A stretch of DNA of 64,000 nucleotides from a virus. This document shows, piece by piece, positions 9,018 through 17,515 of the stretch (the first letter of the stretch is position 1; each line of letters begins with the position of its first letter). The position numbers and the translations under genes were made by a program. Below the pieces are notes generated by a model that saw only the letters and a program-made list of their open reading frames with translations, had not been told where the DNA came from and did no database searches. The stretch is from IMG/VR virus record IMGVR_UViG_3300035698_017588, positions 1-64,000 of that record. One strand, 5' to 3'.

Positions 9018-9821
9018 TTATTCCTCATTAGAAACTGACCAATCTAGCTCGTGCAAGGCCGGATACATATTATATTGGCCTAAAATGCCTCTCGCAGCAT
9101 TGAGATCGAATTTAGTTTCCTCTTGGATACCATTCAGAACGGTATACTGAGCCCGCATCTGATATGGACAAAGGGATAAATCCACAATGTTCATATTGAA
9201 CAAGAAGGTGCGGGGATCAGCAGAAACGAATTCATGCAATTTATTTGGACATTGAAGCATCTTTTCAGCTCTTACTGGCCCGATTCCCCTATAGCCTTCA
9301 ATATTGTCCGATTTGTCTCCCATTAAGCACTTTTGCAGAACCGGGTTGCAGAGAGGCTTCTCGTAGAAATCCCCTGCTGGTTTGAGCTGCCGAGCATTCA
9401 GGAATCTGAACGGGATCTGCAATAAATCGTGGTCAGATGAGAGGACCACGAGGTCAGTAGGATGGAACAACGCGGCGAAAGCGTAAACAAGGTCGTCAGC
9501 TTCGAGCTTGTCACAGTAGTATTGGCGGAAGCCTAGGACTGGTATCACTTTTTTCAACACTTGTAAGTTGATACCGATTGCTTCGCCAATTTCGGGGTCG
9601 CTTTCTTTGCGGTTGGCTTTGTATGGTGGATATAGTTTTCTACGCCAAGTCTCATTTCTTGGACAGTCCCAGAAGATATGAAAAGAGGTGGCATTCGCCG
9701 TTCTAATCGACTTCTGTATGATACGAAAGAAAACCTCTACCGGACTGTCCTTCGATCTAACGAAGATAGCCCGGTAGAGGATGTTCTTACCATCTATTAA
9801 CAGATGGGTTCCTGGCAACAT
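9018..9821 (-). CDS. 5'-3' exonuclease / T4 RNase H-like flap endonuclease
   Basis: LLIDG, WRRKLYPPYKANR, LEADD, SSDHDLLQ, GDKSDNIEGYRGIG. Confidence 0.92.
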   Translation of the reverse strand: MLPGTHLLIDGKNILYRAIFVRSKDSPVEVFFRIIQKSIRTANATSFHIFWDCPRNETWRRKLYPPYKANRKESDPEIGEAIGINLQVLKKVIPVLGFRQYYCDKLEADDLVYAFAALFHPTDLVVLSSDHDLLQIPFRFLNARQLKPAGDFYEKPLCNPVLQKCLMGDKSDNIEGYRGIGPVRAEKMLQCPNKLHEFVSADPRTFLFNMNIVDLSLCPYQMRAQYTVLNGIQEETKFDLNAARGILGQYNMYPALHELDWSVSNEE

Positions 9822-9822
9822 G

Positions 9823-11052
9823 CTAATTTGAGAATCCCTCAAGCATACTTTCGATTTCGTTCATCACGTCGTCTCCGCCTCCAGTTGGAGGCTGGACTGT
9901 CTCAGCTGGTGCCGCGACAGGAGCCGGGGCAGCTTGGACCACTTCAGCTGGTGCAGCTGGTGCAGCTGGTGCAGCTGGTGCAGCTGGTGCAGCTGGTGCC
10001 GCGACCGGAGCAGCCTGAACAGGTGCCGCAACAGGTGCCGCAACAGGTGCCGCAACAGGTGCCGCAACAGCCGGTTGTGCCGGAACGGGAGCCACAACAG
10101 CAGCCGCGGGAGCCACAACAGCAGCCGCGGGAGCCACAACAGCGGCCGCGGGAGCCACAACAGCAGCCGCGGGAGCCACAACAGCAGCCGCGGGAGCCGC
10201 AACAGCTGGTTGTGCCGGAACGGGAGCTACAGTGGCCGCAGCCGGGGCAGCAGCCATTGGAGCAGCCGGGGTCCCGAATCCATCATCTTCAACACCGTTG
10301 ATCAAGTTCTGAGCAACCTTGTTGAGAGATTCAATATTCGGAAAATCGACCTTGGTAGTGAGATCGAACCGCGAGGACAGAATTTGCTGAATACCAGCAG
10401 CATCAGACATTGCGGTCGGAGTTCCACCATTAGCCAAGAAACCCGAAGACTCATAGGTGTTGTTCTGTCCCTTGACTTTACAAGAAAGCTGAAACATGAA
10501 CGCCGCGTTCTCATCAAAGAACGCCCCATAAGCTTGCGGATCAAGCGAATCGCCAGGACCGGTTCGTTCAAGAGCCTCCACCCAAATGTCGAAACACGTA
10601 CGTGGAGCCTTGTAGAACATGACACGGCCTTCCAAATCGGAGCCATTACCTTGTCCGACAGGGAAGTAAATGTTGACGACTTTGTAGTCGGCTGGCATCC
10701 ATTCACGACCAATCGCACTCTTTGCAGCACGGTCATCAGCAGCTTCTTTCATGAGATCGAAGCCGTGTTGACACACTGGACATGTGCCGCCATCGCAAAC
10801 CCGAGGGCATGGCTGCGGCGGCTTGCAAAGACCGAAGTGAATACCATAAGGCAAGAAGAACGTATCCAAGCTATGGGAAGCCGGGGTTCCACGCAGCGGA
10901 TCATTTTCTTGGTAGGGCGGAAGGATATAGAAACGGTACTTCAATTCCTTTCCAGCATCAGCTTTCGCGGGTCGGAACTCATCCGGATCGCTACGGCGAC
11001 CAGATTTGAGTGCATTGACTTTTTTCCGCATGGCATCGAGATCATAACTCAT
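9823..11052 (-). CDS. gp32-like single-stranded DNA-binding protein with Ala/Pro linker and acidic tail
   Basis: RFYILPP...CP..CPVC Zn motif, acidic C-terminus DDVMNEIESMLEGF, position between UvsY-like and exonuclease genes. Confidence 0.7.
   Translation of the reverse strand: MSYDLDAMRKKVNALKSGRRSDPDEFRPAKADAGKELKYRFYILPPYQENDPLRGTPASHSLDTFFLPYGIHFGLCKPPQPCPRVCDGGTCPVCQHGFDLMKEAADDRAAKSAIGREWMPADYKVVNIYFPVGQGNGSDLEGRVMFYKAPRTCFDIWVEALERTGPGDSLDPQAYGAFFDENAAFMFQLSCKVKGQNNTYESSGFLANGGTPTAMSDAAGIQQILSSRFDLTTKVDFPNIESLNKVAQNLINGVEDDGFGTPAAPMAAAPAAATVAPVPAQPAVAAPAAAVVAPAAAVVAPAAAVVAPAAAVVAPAAAVVAPVPAQPAVAAPVAAPVAAPVAAPVQAAPVAAPAAPAAPAAPAAPAAPAEVVQAAPAPVAAPAETVQPPTGGGDDVMNEIESMLEGFSN
9945..10230. 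repeat. in-frame tandem repeats (9-, 12- and 21-bp units) encoding the Ala/Pro/Val linker
   Basis: (CAGCTGGTG)x6, (AACAGGTGCCGC)x~4, (GGGAGCCACAACAGCAGCCGC)x~5. Confidence 0.95.
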
Positions 11053-11058
11053 AACTCA

Positions 11059-11637
11059 TTAACTCCCAGAACTTTCAGAACGTTTCAAACTAGTAAGTGT
11101 ACGGCCCAAATCAGCCTTCATACGAATCGCTTCAATCATGTAGAACATCTTGCTCGCAACCATATGGGATTGAGCATGTTGAAGTTCTGCACGGTTAACA
11201 CGTTCGTCCTTCTCTACCAGTGTTTTGATGGCGTCTTGGGCCAGACGGACACCATCTTTCGCAGCGGCATCTAATATCTGTTCATGAGCGGTGGCCCTTG
11301 CGGTTTTCACCATTCTTTCCAGAATATTAGTACGGTACTTGGCTTCTGCATAAACAGCCGACCAGAACGCTAATTCTGAGGAAATGTCGGCCAATTGATG
11401 CTCAACCGTATCGTAGTCGAGTGACACATTCGCTAAAAGATCAACACGAATGGTCTTATTTCGTTTCTCTAATTGATTGTTCTGGCACTGAGGGCACGCA
11501 ATCAAATTAGGATCAAAGACAACATTACACTGAGCACAGAAATGCTCGAACATCGAAGGAAGAGTCACTTCGAATTTGAATATCCGCGAATCAATAAGAT
11601 CCTGCGGAACACTCTTTATAAAGGGTAATTTGCTCAT
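11059..11637 (-). CDS. UvsY-like recombination mediator with Zn-ribbon insertion
   Basis: Helical coiled-coil C-terminal region, CAQC...CPQC, directly upstream of the SSB gene. Confidence 0.55.
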   Translation of the reverse strand: MSKLPFIKSVPQDLIDSRIFKFEVTLPSMFEHFCAQCNVVFDPNLIACPQCQNNQLEKRNKTIRVDLLANVSLDYDTVEHQLADISSELAFWSAVYAEAKYRTNILERMVKTARATAHEQILDAAAKDGVRLAQDAIKTLVEKDERVNRAELQHAQSHMVASKMFYMIEAIRMKADLGRTLTSLKRSESSGS

Positions 11638-11676
11638 ATTAAATCCAACACATCAAAAACTCATTGCTCAGTACAT

Positions 11677-12861
11677 TTATATTTGCTTGGAACGAACGAC
11701 AGATATCTCTTTCCACTGCTTCCAGCGGTTCCCCATCGACACCTTGTAAGGGAACACAAGATCCTGCGTAAAAATCCCATCAAACGGACGATAAAAAATC
11801 TCACCAACCTTCTCAACCACATGGCCCAAAATCTTCTTATCCTTAGGCAAAGAAAGGACCACACCATCATGGATGTCTGTAATTAAGTAGTTCGGAAACA
11901 TCCGACGAACATTCCATAACACATTCTGCATCGCAGCAGCAACACTACCCTGCAAAATAGCATTAAAAACAGAACGCTCCGTACGATCTTGCTTCAAACG
12001 AAACTGACGACCAACAATATTAGCAGAATACTTATCCTCACGAAGCTTCATCAACGTACCCTGCAACCAATTACACAACTTCGGAAACTCACCCCTAATC
12101 ACCTCATCAGAATAATCCAAACTATTAATCGTCTTCAACAACAACAGCTTAGCATCATCCCGAGCCTGACTACCACACCCAGTCAACCGCTTAGACAAAT
12201 AAGTATAGGGGTCAGAATCGAAGAAAGAACTATTAAGAGCATCATCACCCGAAAACAATGAAGCGATCCGAAAGTCAGCACAAATCCAGTCAAAATGCAA
12301 CTGCACTGACTCGTACGGCATCATAGGCTGATAAATCGCATCAGCATTAGACCAACCCTGAACATTAAAACCAGTACACTTCGATCGGCCAGAATAAGTG
12401 TCCCAAGACCAATGTGGTTCCATCTTGGTGTAATTCAACATCAAACCAGTGCGTTCCATTCCAACGTAAACGCTTTGTGCTTTGGCTAAGATGTTCTGAT
12501 ATGGACGATTAGGAACAGCCTTGACCAACTCGACGATCTTTTCACAAAGGATCTTATCCTTACTAGAATCGCCGGTTGATTTGATGGAACTGTAAGCATA
12601 GTCGCGAGCCTGCGTCCCGCCATGCAGCTCTTCCATATTGAAAGCTCGGAGCAGATCGCCCATATTCGGAGACCGGAAATCACCTTGAGCGGCCCACGAC
12701 AATAGTTCGTGTGCTCCATCAAAGCGTTTAAAGGTCTCAGCGAGACTCTTGCCTCCGCCCTGCCTGAAAATCTCGAAAGCGACAGTCTTCTGCTCGTTTT
12801 GGAAATGAAACCAAGCTGGGCGACCTTTATTGTCGATTGTCGCCACAGCATAGGTTGTCAT
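11677..12861 (-). CDS. truncated, divergent family A DNA polymerase-like protein
   Basis: Motif A-like FDWICADFR, motif B-like RDDAK, FNAILQGSVA, motif C IHD; no exonuclease domain. Confidence 0.7.
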   Translation of the reverse strand: MTTYAVATIDNKGRPAWFHFQNEQKTVAFEIFRQGGGKSLAETFKRFDGAHELLSWAAQGDFRSPNMGDLLRAFNMEELHGGTQARDYAYSSIKSTGDSSKDKILCEKIVELVKAVPNRPYQNILAKAQSVYVGMERTGLMLNYTKMEPHWSWDTYSGRSKCTGFNVQGWSNADAIYQPMMPYESVQLHFDWICADFRIASLFSGDDALNSSFFDSDPYTYLSKRLTGCGSQARDDAKLLLLKTINSLDYSDEVIRGEFPKLCNWLQGTLMKLREDKYSANIVGRQFRLKQDRTERSVFNAILQGSVAAAMQNVLWNVRRMFPNYLITDIHDGVVLSLPKDKKILGHVVEKVGEIFYRPFDGIFTQDLVFPYKVSMGNRWKQWKEISVVRSKQI

Positions 12862-13307
12862 TTTTCACCAGATTTCGGTACGTCAGATGGTTTAAAAGGC
12901 TCAGAGACAGTTTTCTGAGTGAAATACTTGGTGTTAGGGTCATGCTTGCCTTGGTCCTTCAGACCACGACGAACATGTTCGACTTCGCCTGGGACCCTGT
13001 GCTTAGAATACGGGTCTTGATTATCTAGGTGATAGACATGCATGTCACGTTTCGAACCAGCCTTATCTTTCCATCCATATCCGCGTATGTAACTGGAAAT
13101 GTTTACACCAACGAATGTCTTGTCACAATCTCCACTATTACATCGTGGACAAAGAACCGCCTCTTTTAATTGTTCTTCCGATGGATTCATCGTATGGAAC
13201 GTCTCGAACAAGAGCTTCTCGCCATATTCTTCTTCGGACATGGCATCGGCTTCTGCCTCAGTGTAATTTGAGGAGCAAGCATTGCATTGGTAGACGTAAA
13301 CTGGCAT
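12858..13307 (-). CDS. FmdB-family zinc-ribbon protein
   Basis: MPVYVYQCNAC...CPRCNS. Confidence 0.7.
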   Translation of the reverse strand: MPVYVYQCNACSSNYTEAEADAMSEEEYGEKLLFETFHTMNPSEEQLKEAVLCPRCNSGDCDKTFVGVNISSYIRGYGWKDKAGSKRDMHVYHLDNQDPYSKHRVPGEVEHVRRGLKDQGKHDPNTKYFTQKTVSEPFKPSDVPKSGEK

Positions 13308-13316
13308 AATAAATCT

Positions 13317-13484
13317 TCAAGGTAGAATTATAGTTGGCGGCGGCGGATCATCTCTTAAAGTGACCATTCCTTCGCCATGACATTGTTTACAGCAACCCAT
13401 GACGAAAGACACAGCTGACGAACAGGAGCATTCTGGTGTATGCCCCGATCCGCCACAAATACCACACCAGTCCTTATGAATCAC
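13317..13484 (-). CDS. mini protein with DnaJ-type CxxCxGxG zinc-finger repeats
   Basis: GTG start at 13484; CGICGGSG and CKQCHGEG. Confidence 0.5.
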   Translation of the reverse strand: MIHKDWCGICGGSGHTPECSCSSAVSFVMGCCKQCHGEGMVTLRDDPPPPTIILP

Positions 13485-13938
13485 ACGAGCCGCAGTCGGG
13501 CTCGCAGGACGGCTTGCAGACGACGTTGACTTTTGGTCCAGTCGTTGCCTTGTAGAAGATGTTTTTCTCTGTGAAGAGTTGGACAAGTCGTCCCTCATAA
13601 GCTGGGCCTTGTTCCTCGACGTTAACGATACCACCACCCTTCGGGTTGATGATAACATTTTGTCCGAGCTTGAACGAATTGACACACTGGGTTCCAACAC
13701 CGACGATAACGCCAACATTAGAGAATCCACTTGCACCGGGCAAGGCGATTTGGGATTCACGCGGAGTGAGCATCACAGCGACGTAGTCATTAAAGACGTC
13801 GACAGCTGGGAGGGTTGTCTGATCTGGTACAGAATCGACGACGTTGTGAGACTTTTCGAGGGAAGCGTCAGGACCGATCTTACGAGCGGTACCAGCGGAT
13901 TCAGCAGCTTCGAGAGTAGCGGATTTTGGCAGAGCCAT
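13474..13938 (-). CDS. groES: GroES-like co-chaperonin
   Basis: VFNDYVAV...IALPG...GVIVGVG...KLGQNVI...LFTEKNIF GroES pattern; Cys-rich tail. Confidence 0.65.
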   Translation of the reverse strand: MALPKSATLEAAESAGTARKIGPDASLEKSHNVVDSVPDQTTLPAVDVFNDYVAVMLTPRESQIALPGASGFSNVGVIVGVGTQCVNSFKLGQNVIINPKGGGIVNVEEQGPAYEGRLVQLFTEKNIFYKATTGPKVNVVCKPSCEPDCGSCDS

Positions 13939-13939
13939 G

Positions 13940-14134
13940 TTATTCCTTTTTGGACTTAGACTTGGTAGGAGCGTTTTTGTATGTAACCTTGCATTTTCTG
14001 CTAGGAACCACAACATTATCTCCGACCGTGATTTTATGACCGGAGCCGTCTCTATCTACAGTGAAAGTCCCACGTTTAATAGTATCAGTGATCGTCTCGG
14101 ACGCATCGACTTCGATTTGGATGATTGTTTTCAT
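13940..14134 (-). CDS. hypothetical protein
   Basis: 64-aa ORF with 1-nt gaps to both neighbours. Confidence 0.55.
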   Translation of the reverse strand: MKTIIQIEVDASETITDTIKRGTFTVDRDGSGHKITVGDNVVVPSRKCKVTYKNAPTKSKSKKE

Positions 14135-14135
14135 A

Positions 14136-15272
14136 TTACGTATTAATCTCTCGAACTTTCATGGTAGTGTAATTGATCTCGCAAGTAACGGTCTTGTGTT
14201 TAGGACCATTCCGATTCTTAGCAATAAAGAAACGAAAACGTGGAGGACTTGATTCACGTTCCTCGGGAGTCTGGTTGATGGTGATAATATAGTCCATTGA
14301 GAACTGCTTGGCATAAGACTCTGCCGCGTCCTTCAACGTAATAGCTTCGCCAGTAGATCCCGCTGACCTATTCGTCTGCGTAGCCGTGAATACTAACACA
14401 TTTTCATTTTTAGCAAAGCCCCGAACCTCATTAGCAACAGCCTTTTGCCGACTGTAATCATCACGATTAGCGTACTTATTCCGACTCACCATCAAATCGA
14501 GATAATCGATAATAACAACGTCCGGATACCAACCATGAGACCGACGAAGGTTATCTAGCAAGTGATACAAATGGTCAACACTACATTGCTCAGGCGGCAA
14601 TTCAGAAATAAAAATCTTGCCATCATAAGTCGTCTTCAACGAATTAATCTTGCTCGTTATTTCATCCTGGCGACTGACTAATTTGTCCATCGGGATATCT
14701 TCACCAAGAACGCCAAGACACCGCATCGAAGTCTTAATATAATCAAGCTCAAACGTCACCAACAAAACATCCTGCCCAACCCTACCACCAGGACCCGGCC
14801 CCTGCCAAGACGTAATGGCATTATTACACAGAACAATCGAATTATGGCTAACCAAACCAGAAGTATAATACCAATGCGGATCAGATATGGTAATATCATA
14901 AAAATCTTCCTCGGGACCATCATCAATATAATAGCCACCAGGAGAATAGTAATTTCCATGCCGTAGATGTTCACAATGGAAACCAACTAAAACATCATTA
15001 GTACAATCTATTTGATCAGCACGGGCTGCCGTTAATTTTCCATCCCTTATGATCTGTAAAACATGCCCAGGATCACAAGAAAATTTATCAGCTCGAAGAG
15101 AGAAAATCTTAGAAGGCCCGCGTTTCATGAACGCAAAATCAAGAACTTTAGTCCAGCCAGATGGGGTCAACACATGGTGAATAGCATCAGGATTCTCTTC
15201 TAAATCATCTTTAATGATTGATAATGGAACTTCTTGAAGTCTATTCGTCGGTTTAATTGATCTAATTTTCAT
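14136..15272 (-). CDS. gp41/DnaB-like helicase C-terminal part fused to the C-fragment of a split intein
   Basis: Intein residues ending FYDITISDPHWYYTSGLVSHN|S; then VTFEL, IIDYLDLM (Walker B), TATQTNR, IAKNRNG. Confidence 0.9.
   Translation of the reverse strand: MKIRSIKPTNRLQEVPLSIIKDDLEENPDAIHHVLTPSGWTKVLDFAFMKRGPSKIFSLRADKFSCDPGHVLQIIRDGKLTAARADQIDCTNDVLVGFHCEHLRHGNYYSPGGYYIDDGPEEDFYDITISDPHWYYTSGLVSHNSIVLCNNAITSWQGPGPGGRVGQDVLLVTFELDYIKTSMRCLGVLGEDIPMDKLVSRQDEITSKINSLKTTYDGKIFISELPPEQCSVDHLYHLLDNLRRSHGWYPDVVIIDYLDLMVSRNKYANRDDYSRQKAVANEVRGFAKNENVLVFTATQTNRSAGSTGEAITLKDAAESYAKQFSMDYIITINQTPEERESSPPRFRFFIAKNRNGPKHKTVTCEINYTTMKVREINT
14841..15272 (-). mobile_element. split intein C-fragment (144 aa) of gp41/DnaB
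   Basis: Contains VLTPSGW, block B-like SCDPGH, block F YDITI..H and block G HN. Confidence 0.85.
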
Positions 15273-15448
15273 CTGTTTTCAAATTCCATGTGATTTTCAA
15301 TGGCCGATTGTACAGTTTCACCCACAGAAACCACTTGCGGCTTTCGTTTTTCATGAGGACGAAAACCTTCTGCTTTATATTCATGCTGAAGACGCAAATC
15401 AAGCCATTTGGCGTCCTCTAAATCAAGTTCGATTATTATTTTCGACAT
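15269..15448 (-). CDS. small hypothetical protein (59 aa)
   Basis: Read by hand: MSKIIIELDLEDAKWLDLRLQHEY...MEFENR*; ATGA overlap with the helicase-C start; below the ORF track cut-off. Confidence 0.5.
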   Translation of the reverse strand: MSKIIIELDLEDAKWLDLRLQHEYKAEGFRPHEKRKPQVVSVGETVQSAIENHMEFENR

Positions 15449-16370
15449 CTTCTATAATCCCTTTGAGTCTTAAAAAAGCTTCCTTTGGTGTTTTCATAAT
15501 CTCTGATTCCCAGAACACGTGAACAACATATCCAAGAGCTTCGAGATCGTTTTTCCTAATCTCATCTTTTTCTTTTTTGTTCATTCGTCCGTCATTACAA
15601 ACAAAACGATCTGAATGCCAATAATCACCATAAACCTCTATTACAATATTATCAAATAAACAAAAATCTACACAATACTTGTCTATCAGAAACTCGAATT
15701 CAAAATCGAATTCGAAAGAATGCAACATGCCCCACATAGCAAGTTCTGGTTTAGTGACAATTTTAGATTGTAGAGATCTAGTTCTGGCAGACACTCTTTT
15801 AGTCTTATCAGTATGACCTCTTCCATGAAAACCATTATTAGAACCACATGACTTTTTACTTAATTCCTTTTTTATTTCCGATTTTGGTTTGCCGGTTCTT
15901 TTTTGAATCGATTTAATAGAAGCCGGGTTTCTAGCCCCAGAATTACATTCTCTCAACAACTTTTTCAATTCATCGGTAGAATACCTCTCAGCAATCCCTT
16001 TCTGACGAGAGCTTAAAGCGATAATAGCATCATCAACTTCCATCCCCTGATATAGATAGAACTCTATACATGATGGATTTCGGAGTCTGTTGATGCTACT
16101 ACATTCTCTAGCAAAACAAGAATAAGCAAAATCCCTTCTGTGAAGGTTGACATCTCGGCCGCAACCACAACAACATTTTGGGACTTGAAAATAATCTTTC
16201 AAATAATCCCCAAAATCCCCACCACGCTCAGAATTGCGTCTCTTAATACCATGTACATCATGTAAGTGTGTCATGAGCTTATTCGGATGAGATCCGTCAC
16301 ACTTCCAATCGCATATCTGACAATTCCAAATCCCAGGAATCATCGACAGATGGTAAATCTCCGATCTCAT
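15423..16370 (-). CDS. free-standing homing endonuclease (Zn finger + NUMOD3-like + Vsr/DUF559 PD-(D/E)xK)
   Basis: CQIC..H..H, CCCGCG, GSNNGFHGRGHT, TKPE...VDF...IEVYGDYWH...WESEI; AT-rich; start uncertain. Confidence 0.85.
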   Translation of the reverse strand: MRSEIYHLSMIPGIWNCQICDWKCDGSHPNKLMTHLHDVHGIKRRNSERGGDFGDYLKDYFQVPKCCCGCGRDVNLHRRDFAYSCFARECSSINRLRNPSCIEFYLYQGMEVDDAIIALSSRQKGIAERYSTDELKKLLRECNSGARNPASIKSIQKRTGKPKSEIKKELSKKSCGSNNGFHGRGHTDKTKRVSARTRSLQSKIVTKPELAMWGMLHSFEFDFEFEFLIDKYCVDFCLFDNIVIEVYGDYWHSDRFVCNDGRMNKKEKDEIRKNDLEALGYVVHVFWESEIMKTPKEAFLRLKGIIEDVENNNRT

Positions 16371-17157
16371 CCTCTTCGGTAAGATCTTTAACTTTAACTG
16401 CTCCGCGTGCAGTTTGAACTTTTCTAAATCCTGCAAGTTGTCGAACCGTACCATCTTCCATCTCCAATTCATAAAGCTGTGAATTTTCTTTATTTACAAT
16501 CGAAGTTGATAAAGAATGGCATTTACCAACATTTGTTCCCGCAAGCCAACAAACAACCTCTTTAGGTCCTGGACCGCCATTATTGAGGAATTTATCAAGA
16601 CTTCGGAAACCAGAGGTACGATGCTCAATAGCAGACGGGCTGAACAATAATTCATAATTATCCAGAAGCCACAAACCCTGGACCTGCAGATCAGTAATCC
16701 GATTAGCCTCTTCGACGATCTTCTCGATCTCATCAAAATCCCCGTTCTGATAAGCAAGCATCGCCTCGTCTGAATAGATCAAGCCGAAAGCCCTCTTCCG
16801 AGCCCATTCGACCATCTTCTCTTTCAGAATGGGAACATCACGCGGGTTCGATTTCTGATCGATAAGTTCCAGAACCGATTCATATGGGTCATCCTCAGTC
16901 ATATGCTGAAGGATGAAATCACGAAGCAGGCCCCGAGTCGGGACGATTTGATGCTTCTCAATGTGATTAAGAATGATAGCGATTACGTATCGTGCTTCAA
17001 CCGCTTCGAAAAGATCTGGCGTTAAGAATCGTCCGATCGAAAGAAATAGATCCGGGTGATCAAGGGCAAGGGGGATCAGAGCCTTCTCAACGTACTTGCC
17101 AAATTCGCTCTCAGCCTCGTTATTTTGAGTGAGAAATTTGGAAGTATCTTCGTACAT
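16297..17157 (-). CDS. gp41/DnaB-like helicase N-terminal part fused to the N-fragment of a split intein
   Basis: SGFRSLDKFLNNGG...WLAGTNVGK|CHSLST; splicing would restore Walker A GTNVGKS. Confidence 0.9.
   Translation of the reverse strand: MYEDTSKFLTQNNEAESEFGKYVEKALIPLALDHPDLFLSIGRFLTPDLFEAVEARYVIAIILNHIEKHQIVPTRGLLRDFILQHMTEDDPYESVLELIDQKSNPRDVPILKEKMVEWARKRAFGLIYSDEAMLAYQNGDFDEIEKIVEEANRITDLQVQGLWLLDNYELLFSPSAIEHRTSGFRSLDKFLNNGGPGPKEVVCWLAGTNVGKCHSLSTSIVNKENSQLYELEMEDGTVRQLAGFRKVQTARGAVKVKDLTEEDEIGDLPSVDDSWDLELSDMRLEV
16300..16521 (-). mobile_element. split intein N-fragment (74 aa) of gp41/DnaB
   Basis: Starts with Cys directly after Walker A Lys; block A CHSLSTSIV. Confidence 0.8.
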
Positions 17158-17158
17158 A

Positions 17159-17515
17159 TTATGGTCCTGAAGTGCCGCTCGTACCTGATGTAAGATCAAC
17201 GCAATGCGTAGCGATCCTATTTTGAATTGCAGCTAGTTGATTTTGATGATACTGTTCTGCCAACGCAAGAGCATCACAGATCTGAATAAATTCGCATTCT
17301 TCGAAAGTGATAATTGCCCCATTTGTCAGACTCCGACGCTCCCCATAATGGGGAGCATGCGTTGGCAAATTGGGCCTAATTAGAATGGTATAAACCCACC
17401 CATTATTTCCACGGGTAACACCCGCAATCGTATGAGCTTCTAAGAATCCGACTGAGGCGGATTCTCGGAGGTAGACGGTTGTTCCTCGTTCGTAGAGGGG
17501 AGCGTCGTAGGGCAT
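17159..17515 (-). CDS. hypothetical protein
   Basis: 118-aa ORF overlapping the RecA tail, 1 nt from the helicase start. Confidence 0.55.
   Translation of the reverse strand: MPYDAPLYERGTTVYLRESASVGFLEAHTIAGVTRGNNGWVYTILIRPNLPTHAPHYGERRSLTNGAIITFEECEFIQICDALALAEQYHQNQLAAIQNRIATHCVDLTSGTSGTSGP

Noticed and set aside
9945-10230. Possible CRISPR array
   Set aside because: Head-to-tail repeats with no unique spacers; unit lengths are multiples of 3 inside a CDS
9804-11274. Long plus-strand ORFs (9804-10301, 9934-11274)
   Set aside because: Antisense shadows of the repeat-rich SSB gene; no independent motifs
11677-12861. Calling the PolA-like gene dpoZ
   Set aside because: Too short, lacks the 3'-5' exonuclease domain, motif B is degenerate and it is not linked to purZ
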